Source: Octopus bimaculoides
Taxonomy: Eukaryota
Reading direction: 5' to 3'
NCBI RefSeq assembly: GCF_001194135.2
Contig: NC_068981.1
Span: forward strand, 36,220,143-36,284,142
Length of the DNA: 64,000 nucleotides
Shown here piece after piece: positions 51,606 through 64,000 of the stretch; position 1 is the first letter of the stretch, and every line of letters begins with the position of its first letter. A program made the translations under genes and the position numbers. The notes beneath the pieces are model-generated. The model made no database searches. It saw nothing but the letters and a program-made list of their open reading frames with translations, and was not told where the DNA came from.

Positions 51606-53257
51606 TGTATGTGAGAGGTTGCTTAAAAGTTCCTGGCTTTAAGAATATTGTGAATGGCTTGGTTGGAGGCCCAACCTTCCAAGTTCTTTTACAGTGCTTA
51701 GAAAATCTGAAGGACTACTGCAATAAGTGTGTGAATCTGAGAGGGGAATATACTGACTAAAATCATAATCAAGTGGATCTCTTGTATTTTCTTTTACTTA
51801 AAGCCAGGAACTTTTCAGCACCTCCCCACCTTCTAAACTTCATTCACAATGTCATAGTCAATGTGAGCACATATTTGGAGAGATTTGCTCAAGGTAGTGC
51901 ATTTAGGGTTTGAACCTACAACAACCAGCTGGTTGCAAGCTGAACACTACCTACACAGCTATGCTTGCAGTATAGAAAAATATAATTCAAACACAGACAT
52001 GTTCTTAATACATTTAAAAGAAAACTGGTTTCCATTTATGTGTGTATTTATGTGTGTATGTATGCATGCGTGTATGTGCATACATATGTATGTGCATGCA
52101 TGTGTTTCCACAGATATAAGTGTGTGTTAGTAGATATTTGAAGTATGTCACATGAGTGCAAATGTAAAGGTATGTAATCTAAATGTTATATGCAGCCGTT
52201 TCTTTTCGTCTCTAAGTTCAAATCCCACCAGACCTGGTTTAAATATGATTTTATTTCATTGTTTCGGGCTATTTATTTATATTATTCATTTTTCTGTTGT
52301 AATTACTCCTTTCACTTTCTAAATTTCTTTTCATTGCTCCTTTTTCTCCTTCCACTCTCTCTCACTATTACTGCTTTGTTGCTCTCTCTCTTTCTCTCTC
52401 TCTCTCTAATTTAACCTTCAGAATTGTCACCCTTCCCTTGTTATAAACTATCTTTTACTCTCTTCTCTCTCTCACACCATCTTGTTTCTCTATATCTTTA
52501 TACCTTTCTCATCCTATCTTTCTTCATCTATTTACCTCTACCTGAGTGTATGTAGTTCCCTACTAGATTACCGCTAACTGCATGTCACGTGCAAGTCTGT
52601 TGTAATGAGAGAACCTTGGAAAGAAGCACACGTGCATTTACACCCACACACCCACCCACATAGACACACACACACACACATTGATTAGCATCCATCTCTC
52701 GATGTTCCTTGTTAAAGCTTGAATTTTATCAGGGTGTTTTTTCTTCTTCCTTTGCATCATGCCGGCTTGCATCTTTTGTTGGCTTTACTCTGTAGCCTTT
52801 GTTGTTATTTATATTGTAGTGTTGTTTTGCTGCTGCTGTTGTTGTTCTTGCTACTGCTGTTCTTGATGATGATATTATTATTGCAGTGTTTTTCATTTCG
52901 CTTTTGTTGCCATTAATCACCATCATTATCATCATCATCATCATCATTATCATTATTTTATAGCATTTGCTGTTGTTGTTATTGTATTTACTGTTGGTGT
53001 CATTTTGATGATGCTCGTAACTACTGTTGTTTCTGTTACTGATGTTGCTGTGACTCTTTGGGTTTTGTTGTTGCAGGTGCTGCTGTTGTTTTTATCATTT
53101 ATTGATACCATCATTGCTGTTATTCTCACTGTTGTTGTAGTCATTAATTAGATTTTAAAGAAAATTATTGTTGTTGTAGATGCTGCTATGTTATTATTGT
53201 TATTCTTCTTGAGGTGACTGTTGTTGCCCTTGTTATTATTAGTCATTCATCATGGTT

Positions 53258-53430
53258 GCTTAGCCCTAGGCCAGTACTGACTTAACAGATCAACAATCAA
53301 AAGTGTTCTAGCCATGACCATCATGATTCTTTATTTGTATATCAGGGACTATATTTTTCACTGATCCCATCTTTAATACAGTTGTGTGTGGTTTTGAGTG
53401 AAATTTAACTGCTACTTCTAGCATATTAAG
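53258..53430 (-). mobile_element. SINE-like family C copy
   Basis: ttagccctaggccagtactga...tctagccatgaccatc...gctacttctagc. Confidence 0.65.
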
Positions 53431-54129
53431 CAACAGCTACTACTTGCCCAGATGAAAACATTTTTTAATTGCCTTTGTTGTCAATTTTGTATATAAATTT
53501 ATTGTTGTTGTTGTTATAGCTGATATTGTTATTATTATTGTAATCTTTGGTGTTGTAGTAAATGAAACAACTTTGTCAATAAAGACATGTTTTCTTATTC
53601 CAAACACATTCAGAGAAATATAAAGAACAACACCAACAAATGAAAAATAAAGAAATTTAAATATATGAAACACACATATACACGTAGATACATACACATG
53701 CATACAAACATATACAAAAACATACACACATAGATGTTTTGAGATTGATTATCAAGGAACTCTAGTTTGTGCCTTGCATGTAATTGCTGCTGTCTCAATT
53801 TGCAATGGTCATGGTTATGATATTGCTTATTATTTACTCTAGATCAATCCTGACTGAGCAGGCTTATGATCAATGACATTCCAGCCATCCTGAATTTTGT
53901 TTTGGATTATATACTATAACATTATCAAACATATCCTTTCCTTATTTAAAGTAAGAGAATGTATGAAATGTGAAAGAGGTCTGGCTAATCTTCCTTGCAG
54001 TTTGAGCAACTATGAAGATCATGTTTCATTTACTCATTATTATTTCTATTGTAGTTGTGGTTTCTGTTGTTGTGACGATTGCTATTGTTACTGGAATTAG
54101 TATTGTTGTCTTAATTATTATTTTAGTTC

Positions 54130-54460
54130 AGAACACTGAAACTTTCAGAGGCGATGACAAAGGACCAAGACATCTGGCAGATGTCTCAGAGAGGATCTGT
54201 TCTCCCCAACAAATGTGTTAAGGCCACTTCCCTGATGAAGAGTACTGGCCTGCAAGAGTCCTATGCCAGTGCCATGTAAAAAGCACTCTTGCTGCTGCCA
54301 TGTTAAAAGCACCCACCACACACTGTACAGTAGTTGGTGTTATGAAGGGCCTCCAGCTATAGAAACCAAGCCAAATCAGACTGGAACCAGCTCTGGTCAA
54401 ACAGACCAACTCATGCCAGCATGGAGAGCAGATGTTAGAGGATGATGATGATGATGATTA
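54130..54460 (+). mobile_element. RTE LINE 3' fragment
   Basis: FRTLKLSEAMTKDQDIW, then the RTE 3' UTR and a (GAT)n tail. Confidence 0.75.
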
Positions 54461-55954
54461 ACCTAACCCTCTTTTATTTTAAATTTTAATTGACTGGTCG
54501 TGTTGCTAATGTAATCATAGTTATTCTCTTCTAGTTGCTGCTAATTTTGTTGTAGAGTTCTAACCCATGTGGATGCAATTGTTATTGTTATTCATTCTTA
54601 TCAATCTAGACAATTGAGGATATGTTTCTGTTGCGCTAAGCAATCCTCCTCCATATATGATATCCAGTGCTTTAAGCATGGACACCTGCAGCAGTTGGCC
54701 GGGCCTCATTGCTAATCTAAGTATGCTTTGGCTTGATGTTGATAAATAAATAGTATAAGCCACAATACATTGTTTTGCCAAGGGGTCTATAATACTCTTA
54801 ACACAGCATAGATGATATTGCACCAAGAAAATTGTTTAAAAGTTGAATGTTTATCCACAAGTGTTTGTTATATGTTGGAATACATTGTAATTGGGATTGG
54901 TATGATTTTTCATTTATTGTTCTCTTTCTACTCTGTGTATTCTTCTTCTGAAGTTCTTAACAGATCATAAAAGCAGCTCAATTTTGAGTCAATACTAGTA
55001 AGTATCATTTCAATTTATGTGTGTGCAGTGCAGGGCATGCTTAAGAGGGCACTCTTAAGAATCAACCTATGAAAAAGTCTGTAAGTCACCCCTTCCATGT
55101 TGTAGGTATTATACAATGATTGTTGTTGCTATGATTGTATGACCCTAGGTCCATCTTAATCCGGCTGGACCATGGCAAGTAGGTAGTAATTGTTGTTGTA
55201 TGTTGATTGTTGTTGGCTAGCTCCAGTTCTTGTTTAAATGAGACTGTATGGTGTCTCATTTAAACAAGAAACACCATACAGTGGCTGCTATTTCTGGTAG
55301 GCCAAGTGACCATGTGTATGCTCATTCCTTGGCTTATTATTATTATAGTTGGTGGTGGTGTGGTTATTGTAATCATTGGTGCTAATGTTGTTATTGCTGT
55401 TGTTGGTGGTGGTCGTGTGATTATTACTTTCATAAGTGCTAATGTTACTAATTGTTGTTTCTTGTTGTCATTATTGATATTGTTCAGTAATTGCTGTTGA
55501 TGTTGCTATAGCAACTGCTGTAGTAATTGTCACTGATGATGATGTTACCATTCCAGGTTTTCTAGGTATTCTGGCTCTAAAGTAATGCAAAGTACTTTGT
55601 TACTTGCAGTTTCACAATTATTCTCACTACTACTCCTACAGACACCAATGACAATAATATAAATCACCTCCTCCACTCCTATCTTCTAATGAATTCATTA
55701 CCACTGCCTCCCCTCCTCTTTCCTTTTTTTCTTCTCCTTCTCCTAAACCGGTAACACTACTATAGTATCATCACTGTACCATACTCCAACACTCCATTCA
55801 CAAACTATACCACCATCACTCCACCATTTCACACTCACTGTTGAACTACTACAATGGCTACAACCACCACCACAACCAAACAAGAGCAACCATTACAACA
55901 ACAGCAACTACAACACTGCTCAAGTCAACAAAAGAACCTTTATAGGTATATTAC

Positions 55955-56400
55955 CCAATGCTAGAAATAGCAACCAATTGTCCCTCAAATTTTATTCAAA
56001 CATCTTGGGAAAAGGAAGGAGCATTAGATATTGTAGTTTTCCTTATATACCCTAAAAAATGTTGTGGCCATAACGGGAATGTCTTTGGCTATAAATTTGT
56101 TCAATTAGTATTGAATTAGGGATAATTAACAACAGCAATCCTTGCCACCATTCCTACCATAAACAACAACTTTGTCACAAGCTAATGAAGAAACCTCTGC
56201 AGAGTTGCTCTTCCTGTTAGAAATAGCAGCAAAATTTTTCAACTTGCAGCCTAATATTATAAAAATAGGAACAGCATATAAGATAATGTAGCCCTACATA
56301 CACTATGCATAAAGAAATTACAAGATGGCCATGGATGAAATGCCCTCCATCAAGGTTCTGCTTGGTTAAAGCTAACCTGGGGGGGGGGGGCTAAACAGCA
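55955..56400 (+). mobile_element. Two tandem family C copies
   Basis: gctagaaatagcaaccaattgtccctc and gttagaaatagcagcaaaa...ggggctaaacagc. Confidence 0.7.
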
Positions 56401-56823
56401 GAAATAAGATCAATAACAAAAACAAACACTGTGTCAGTTCAATACCTACATCTGTACTGCTGCACTCAGCTCCCACGTGTCTTTCATCCATTATCACCAC
56501 TACCAACACTACCCTGCTTCATACTTTGCCCTTGTTCACAAACACACACACTACTTCCTTACATTACTCCACACCTACCACATCCCTACTCTCGAATGCA
56601 GCTTGACATTTAACAATGCCACTGATGATGTTGACAATACTGATGACTGAAGTAGAAGATAGAAAGGAAAGAGAAAGAGAGTGAAGAAGAAAAAAATCTG
56701 ATGCTGAGTGAAGAACACATTGAGGAAGGTTAATGGTGCGTGATTTATTATTATTAAAAGAAATTACTATACTACTACTACTACTACTACTAGCACTACT
56801 ACCACCATCATAACCACCACCAC

Positions 56824-57125
56824 CATGCAGGAGTGACTGTGTAGTGAGAAGTTTGTTTCCCAACCACATAGTTCTGGATCCAATCCCATGGGTGGCACCT
56901 TGGGCAAGTGTCTTCTACTATAGCCACAGGTTGGTCAAAGCCTTGTGAGTGGATTTTGTAGAAGGAAACTTAAAGGAATTGCCATAGTTCATTCAATAAT
57001 GGCTATGTCTGAAGAGCGCAAGGTTACATAATTGGATTGTTACTTAACACTCCACAGAACTCCTAGTGAGAAACTGATTGGTAAGATTGGCCGTATTGAA
57101 TATATAATACTGTACATTTTGATTA

Positions 57126-57171
<46 letters not shown>

Positions 57172-57181
57172 NNNNNNNNNN

Positions 57182-57222
<41 letters not shown>

Positions 57223-57440
57223 TATGCATGTCTTTGTGTTTGTGTTTGTCCCCCACCACCAGTTGACAACTGGTATTGGTGTGTTTACATACACATAACT
57301 TAGTGGTTCAGCAATAGAGGTGGATAGAATAAGTACCAGGCTTAAAAAAAGTACTGGGGTCGATTCCTTTGATCAAAATTCTTCAAGGCAGTGCTCCAGC
57401 ATGGCAGCAGTCTAATGACTGAAACAAGTAAAAGATAAAA
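56824..57440 (+). mobile_element. SINE family A copy with an internal (TA)n expansion
   Basis: Head gcaggagtgactgtgtagtgag..., extra internal sequence, (TA)n with a 10-N gap, then the 3' module to ctgaaacaagtaaaagataaaag. Confidence 0.8.
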
Positions 57441-57454
57441 GGTTATTATTAGAG

Positions 57455-58020
57455 TGGTGAGAAAGCAGAAGCTTTAAAATGCTAGTAAAAGTGTTTTGTG
57501 GAATTTGTTTTGACTTCTATGTTCAAATCCTCCAATGGTCATCTTTAGCTTTCGACCTGTTAGGGTTGCTATAAAGAAGTACCAGTAAAGTATTGAAGTT
57601 GATATTATTGACTAATGCTCTCCTTGCAATATTGTTGGCTTTGTGCCTATATATAAAATAATAGAGCATTGAAAAATATTGCTTCGCTCTTTGCATTCTT
57701 AATTCAAATTTTACTGAAGTTCACTTTGCCTCTCATGCTTAGGGATTGATGGTACTGGCTAATAACCTCTCCTCACATTTTCTGACTTTGTACCTAAATC
57801 AGAAACTATAGTAGTGAGCTGGCAGAATCATTAGCAGGTAAGACAAAGTGAATAGCAGCATTTCTTCCAGTTCTTTACAGTCTGAGTTCAAATCCCAGTG
57901 AAGTTAATTTTGTCTTTCATCCTGTTGGGGTCAATAAAATAGAATAGCTGTCAAGTAGTGGGGGTCAATGTAATAGACTTGTGCCTTCTCAAATTTGCTG
58001 GCCTTGTGCCTAGAATTTTT
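57455..58020 (+). mobile_element. Second head-to-tail SINE family B array (about three copies)
   Basis: Copies near 57455, ~57680 (partial) and 57815. Confidence 0.75.
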
Positions 58021-59194
58021 ATTTATCCCACTTATTAGTAGTAGTATCAGTACTTCATTTGTTGATAGTAAAGGAAAGACTATCACATGACAGGGAGAGA
58101 GGAAAGGGAAGAGGACAGAGAGGAAGCAAGAGAGAGGAGAGAGAACAAGGTAGCAATCAGAGGGTATAAAGAATGGAAAAAAAGTGACAAAAGAGAAAGG
58201 TAAAATTACTAAATGATGGTGACTAAGATAGTAGTACTGAAGAAATCACATGGAGAAAAAAAGGATCAAGGGAAGAAAAGAGGAGAGGATAAGTTGATGA
58301 AAATCATTACAGTTGATGGAGTAGTAGGGTAGAAGAAGAGGGTACTGGTGATGTAAGTGATCTAGTAACAGAAAAGAAAGAAAAGAAAAAGCTTTCATAC
58401 TTATTCTGAGCCAAACTGAGGGTAAACAATAACATAATGTGTTTTGTCTTCTAAAACAGTAGGATATTTGGCTACTGTCTCTAGCAGATAAGAGGCTCCT
58501 TCATTAGCAAGGAAATGGTGATACTGATGAAGGTGATGAAGATAAGGATGATAAAGATGATTGGGCTGATGAGGAAGATGATGATGATGATATTGCTGCA
58601 TATAGTGATAATGAGAAAAAAGAAAGAGGGATGATAATGACAAAGATAACGATGAAGATGGTGGCAATTATGTCACTTAAGATGATGGGGATGGCAAAGA
58701 TGGTAGCTATAATGAGGAGATGATGAGTAGAAGATGATGGTGATGGTATTGACAATGATGCTGATAGTGGTGACAATGATGGGGTCCATACTGAGATGTT
58801 GCTGATGATGCATAGAATAGGTTAGTTAAGCTGAGAGAACTCTAGTAGGAAGAAAGCAGGAGGGAGATGTAAGCAAGGCTAAAGTAGAAGCCAATCAGTG
58901 AGGAAAGAGGAGGAAGAGGGAAGGCAGGAGGAAAGAAAAAAGTGAAAGGGAAGGAAATAGAAAGATGGGTTCATGTGTGCAATGTTTTGTAAAAATATTC
59001 CTTCTTTTCATTGATTATTTACTTTCAATGACACTAATTTCAAGCAGAGGAGGGGGGAAATGTGGAATTGTTAGTGTCAGTACTGTTGTTGTTGTTGTAG
59101 TAGTGATGGTGGTGGTGGTGGTGGTGGTGGTGGTGGTGGCGAATGGTACTGGTGAAGATGGGTGGTGGTTATAGAGTTAGTTGTTGTTACTATT

Positions 59195-59660
59195 ATTGTG
59201 GTTTAGGCCCAAGTCAGTCATGAATGAGTAGACCTATAATCAAAGACGTTCCCACATGACCATCCTGTCCTTCCCTTGGGTGTGTTAAGGGTATTGCACA
59301 GTGGGAACTACATCATCCAATGATTTATTTCATTTTTAAGACAATATTATGTGATTTAAGGGAGATTTTGCTGGCATTTCTAGCAATAAAACTAGCCATT
59401 AAGAGGCTGCCATGTTAGTTTGAGTAGTGAAGATTGTTGTTGTTGATATTATTTAGCCCTAAGTCAGCCAGTTCGTGCAGACCTGTAGTCAAAACCAATC
59501 CAACCATAGCTATCCAGTTGTTTTCCTTTGCACTGGGAAGCCAGGAGTAGATTATCTAATATGTCCTTTTCCAATATGGTAGTTTGTAATTTGAAGGAGA
59601 TTTTGACTGTGATTTTTAGCAGATTGGACAACAATATAGAGACTCACTTGATGGCTCATT
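59195..59660 (-). mobile_element. Two tandem family C copies
   Basis: ggtttaggcccaagtcagtc...gggagattttgctggcatttctagc and tttagccctaagtcagcc...ggagattttgactgtgatttttagc. Confidence 0.7.
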
Positions 59661-60644
59661 GATAAGGGTGGTGGTTATAGTAATAGCTGAGAGAGTAAAA
59701 AAAAGGGTGATGGTGATGGTGGTTGTGGTGGTTGCCATTGTAATGGTAGGTAACAATAGGGTTCATTTTGTGGTTGGGGTGGTGAGAGGGAATATAAAAA
59801 AGGGACACCACTTACACTCCCTTTCTTCATCCCTCTCCACCCCGGCCTACTCACTCTTCTGTCATGATCTTTTTTTGGATCTCCTTCATCTGGTTCAATT
59901 TATTTAATTCAGTCTTCTGTACTCCACCATCACCATATCATCATCCTCTTCAACATCATGGCAATCACCATCACAATCAGTGGCACTAAGGTTACAACCA
60001 TTACTGTCTCAACCACTATCATTATCACCATTACCATCTCTAGTACCACCTTCACCACCATCACAATCATGACTGTCATCTCTAGGACCATTCCTTATAG
60101 TATCAACACCATCGTTATCAGTATTATTAGGAATTCCACCACCACCACTAGCACGCATCAACTTCACCATCATCACATCACCACTTCCACCACCATCATC
60201 ATCAGTAAGTATTACTGCCAGCAACAATACCTCCATTACACCAACATCCACATGAACTCTATCCAATACCACCACGACAACAAGCACCTCACCATCATCA
60301 CCATCATTGTGGCTGTCTATGCTACTGCAGTTGCCACCACCACTGCCATCACTGCCATCTTCAGTACCACAAGCAGCTCATATAGTCTGTCATGATTTTC
60401 CTTTGTATTCAAGGTTGAGAGGGGGCTGTTTTCTGTGTTGAACACACTAGTAACTACACAACAATCAATGAAACAATAAGGTTTACCTGAGAGGTGTGCT
60501 ACATTTGGAACTTGGAGTAGGCATATGTGCATACAAACCTGAGTGCATGTGTATGTATATGCATATGTGACCGATAATGCTTTGTTATTTATTGGTTGTT
60601 TTTTTTTACTTTTTCTTCCTCTATGTTCTCAAATCTAGATCCAG

Positions 60645-60840
60645 TTGTTGTTATTTAGCCTCAGGTGAATTGTGATGAAGCAGTCCTGTGATCAAAGAGT
60701 GATTCAAAAATGGTCGTTTTATCTTTTATTTTCCCTTTTCTCAGACGCTTTGTACATCATGTCACATTATCCAATGCATTCTTTTTTAAAGACAGTATGA
60801 GGGAGAATAGGCTGTTATTTCTAGCACAAGGTTATTCTGA
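60645..60840 (-). mobile_element. Family C copy
   Basis: gttgttatttagcctcagg...ttatccaatgc...gggagaataggctgttatttctagc. Confidence 0.65.
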
Positions 60841-60884
60841 TAGTTCATCTTAGAATCTATAAGATATTGTATGTAAAAGACATA

Positions 60885-61525
60885 ATGCTTACATCCACCC
60901 ATACATATAGTTTAAGTTAAAAATCCGTGATATATTCTGTAAAACATTGAAATATAAAACCAATGATTTATTAATCAAAGTAACTCCCAAAAATGTCTTA
61001 TGTATGCAAAAAACAGAAAAAAGGTATAGGCACATGCCTGAAAAGGTTACAGAAAATGAGAAAGCAACCATAATCTGGGATATGCCAACATACACAGATA
61101 GAGAAATTAAGGCCAACAGGCCAAATATAGTTGTCAGATCACCAAGTAAAAAAATGCTTTCTAATTGATGTATCAATACCAACAGATGACAATGTTTCTC
61201 TAAACGAAAGAGAAATTTTCAAAATACAAAGATTTTGAAATAAAGGAAACTCGAATGTGTAGCTTAAAAACAGAAACAATTCCTATCATAATAGGTGCAT
61301 TAGGTATGATAAAAAAACATTCAGTGAAATACATAATAAAAACATCAGGACTAACAAGTATATATAACATACAGAAAATAGCACTACTAAGCACCACACA
61401 CATCCTACATAAAACACTTTCAATACAGTGAAAATAAGAGCACCACAACAAACCACAGCACATACCCAAGGCACACACAGCTGTGCTTAGTAGTGCAGTG
61501 AAAGCACATGATAAAAATAAGACTA

Positions 61526-61555
<30 letters not shown>
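60885..61555 (+). mobile_element. R4/Dong-like RLE LINE 3' fragment, second subfamily, frameshifted
   Basis: RHNAYIH...PEKVTENEKATIIWD...ANRPNIVV / CFLIDVSIPTDDNVS / KYKDFE...IPIIIGALGMIKK...IQKIALLSTTHILHKTLSIQ*, then a 3' UTR and (TAA)n. Confidence 0.88.
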
Positions 61556-61556
<1 letters not shown>

Positions 61557-61599
61557 TATATGGTATGTAAAAAATGCCACAGAACCACTATTACTTTTA

Positions 61600-61925
61600 C
61601 TATCAATGATTGGGCACAACTGAAGATGATAGTTTTTTTACCTTGCAACTCTGTTATCAGGTCTCATTTCCATTGTCTCATAGTTTCTTGAATATCTGTT
61701 TTGATATTGTTTCCAGTGCTTCTATGACAGCAGAGATAACTTTCACCCGAATGTCATTGTGATTTTTTTTCTTTGGACAATTCCAGATACTTTTCAATCT
61801 TTTCTGTTGCTTTCATTTCAACCTTGCAACTATTTTGTCATTTATTATTAAAGGTAGTGGAGCAGAAGAAAGAATAAAGTCCCTGTTGGCTATATCCATG
61901 ATCTTATTGATTTCACATCACCCTA
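61600..61925 (-). mobile_element. RLE-type LINE C-terminal fragment, third subfamily, degenerate
   Basis: The minus strand reads KIMDIANRD...EKIEKYLELSKE...VKVISAVIEALETISKQ, matching the REL C-terminal pattern (D.A.P.D..EK.EKY..L...V.V..GALG). Confidence 0.6.
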
Positions 61926-62034
61926 AGCTTCCTACAGGTTACATCAACAGGCCACCATCACAGTGAAACGAAGCTAGCAAAAATTAAAAACACCTTCACC
62001 TCAATATACAAAAGGTACAGGAGTGACTGAAGGA

Positions 62035-62230
62035 ATCTCTACATGGTTACTCAACCTGCTAAACATGGCAGCCAAATCTCCCATATATTATACACTACTG
62101 TTTTCAGTAAGGATATCTGAGCTAATATAGTCCAGTTTAACTTTAAAAATGATGAGATAGTTATAGTTAAACTGTCTTTGATCATAGGCCAGCTTTGCCA
62201 GGGTTGACCTTCGGTTATCTAACAGCAATA
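62035..62230 (+). mobile_element. Family C copy
   Basis: catggttactcaacctgctaaacatggcagccaaatctccc...ctttgatcataggcc...gttgacct. Confidence 0.7.
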
Positions 62231-62820
62231 AAAAAAAGTATAGTTTGTAGTTGTTACAGATTTCAATCCATGTGATCCCTGTTGCAACACATGCAATTCA
62301 TCCTAAACCCCATATCTACAACACCACTTAGGGGAACCTCTACATATTTATTTGTGGTAATTGGTGTTACGCAAAACTACATGAACGATTTCCTATCCAA
62401 ATGTTTAGCCTACCTTTTAGTGCTAGTACTTTTTCAAAGATGCAAAGATCATATATATACTAACATGCTCATGTCGTTAAAAATGTCAACAGCTTTATTA
62501 ATGATAGAAAATGGTGCATCAACACAATGGGAGAGACCATTGCTAAATGTCAGCAATCTAGTCAATAAATGTACATAGGCAGAATAGAAGCACTTGAAGA
62601 ATTAGATATAGTTGTACTATCTTGATTGAAAATATCATCTACATAATGTGCATGTATGTACATATACATAAATAATGGCATATATACATACTTAAATATA
62701 TATACACATATATATGTACACACATATATGTATATATACATAGATATATACATACATATGAATATATATATATACACACACATGTATATATATTTATATA
62801 TATATATACATGTGTATGTT

Positions 62821-62861
<41 letters not shown>

Positions 62862-62865
62862 ATAT

Positions 62866-63000
62866 ATAAGTAACAAAGATGTACAGGTGTCAATTCATTA
62901 CAGCTGTTTCAAGCAGCTCCATTTAATTGATTGAAGATAGAAAATGGAGCTGCTTGAAATGGCTGTAATTAATTAACACCTGTACATCTTTGTTACTTAT
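62866..63000. repeat. Near-perfect 135-nt hairpin, 59-bp arms and 17-nt loop
   Basis: taagtaacaaagatgtacaggtgtcaattcattacagctgtttcaagcagctccattt pairs with aaatggagctgcttgaaatggctgtaattaattaacacctgtacatctttgttactta, with four substitutions. Confidence 0.95.
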
Positions 63001-63964
63001 TTATATTCTGCTCATCTAAGTTGGAATCTGCACTTCGGAAATACTATAGAAAGTGCCTTTATATAAAAAATATATAAAAAGTACATATATATATATACCT
63101 GGATATATACATATATATGTATATATACACATGTGTATAAGAGCGTAGGCTTGAAAAAAATACTTTTCCATTCTTCCCAAGTGTTAAACTAATACTTTTC
63201 TCAAGTTCCAAATGTGAATTTGTCTGTGTTAACTACATCCCAAAGACGGAGCTTTGTATCTTTGTTGGAAACTGGCTCCCTCCTCAGTGGAAGATTTATA
63301 ATAATTAAAAGATAGAAGAGACACATGCAAGTGCCTCCAGGCACATGATGTAGGCCTCTGTGTTGAATCTAAGGCTGTGTGGGAAGAGGAATGGAGGCAT
63401 AATGTCACCATCACTAGTGATGTTGACTGGATGTTTGATTTTTATCACTCTCAGTACATGTTTTGGGGACACAGCAAACATTCAGATTGACACCCAAACA
63501 CTCTCAAATGTTCGTACAGCATGTCATTTCCAAATTTCTGGCAGAGTGAATTGCATCATGGTGCTGTTTTTCTCACAGATGGTGCCCAACTAACCCTACT
63601 ATACTGTGTAGTTGACAAAATCAAAAACAAACAATGCACATGCACGAAATTAAATATATAAAGTGGCGACAATTTACACATCGCACCCTATATATTTATA
63701 TATATATATATATACACATACATGTATACACTCATACATTGGTGTTCACTATTTATATACACCTGTGGATGTGCATACATATACATATGCACATATGCAT
63801 GTGTGAGTGTGTGAATGTGTGTGCATGCATGCATGTTTGTTTAATTTTTAAAATTGATGAAATTAGTAAAATATGTTATCCTTTACTTGATAAAGGAAAT
63901 TAGGGGGTGTATGAGAAAGAGCAATAAGGAGAAAATGAACTAAAATGAAAAAATAAAATTGTAG

Positions 63965-64000
<36 letters not shown>

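Noticed and set aside
54560-54826. 88-aa minus-strand ORF with locally higher CpG content
   Set aside because: Splice sites are weak and no domain is recognisable; it cannot be supported without a homology search.

Overview
This is AT-rich, microsatellite-saturated eukaryotic (animal) genomic DNA with ten N-gaps. The repeat families look like those of octopus/coleoid cephalopod assemblies; that is from recollection and needs a BLAST check. I found no recognisable host protein-coding gene, rRNA, tRNA gene or CRISPR array. Almost all ORFs in the track are translations of (CA)n, (TA)n, (GAT)n or (TAA)n repeats or of N-runs. The well-supported content is mobile DNA. (1) Three fragments of restriction-like-endonuclease non-LTR retrotransposons resembling the R4/Dong clade, all abutting (TAA)n/(TTA)n; one has no stops in its readable parts and has TAA repeats on both sides. 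(2) Many RTE-clade LINE 3' fragments and short elements sharing their (GAT)n-tailed 3' end. (3) At least four SINE-like families, called A-D here; family B forms head-to-tail arrays and family A carries an internal microsatellite. (4) hAT-type MITEs with 8-bp target-site duplications. (5) A Penelope-like fragment with a degenerate minimal hammerhead-like motif. (6) Three long fold-back inverted repeats. A chain of small phase-compatible candidate exons lies on the minus strand at about 18-25 kb, but it is low confidence and matches no protein I recognise. Boundaries of degenerate repeats are approximate (about +/-20 bp).
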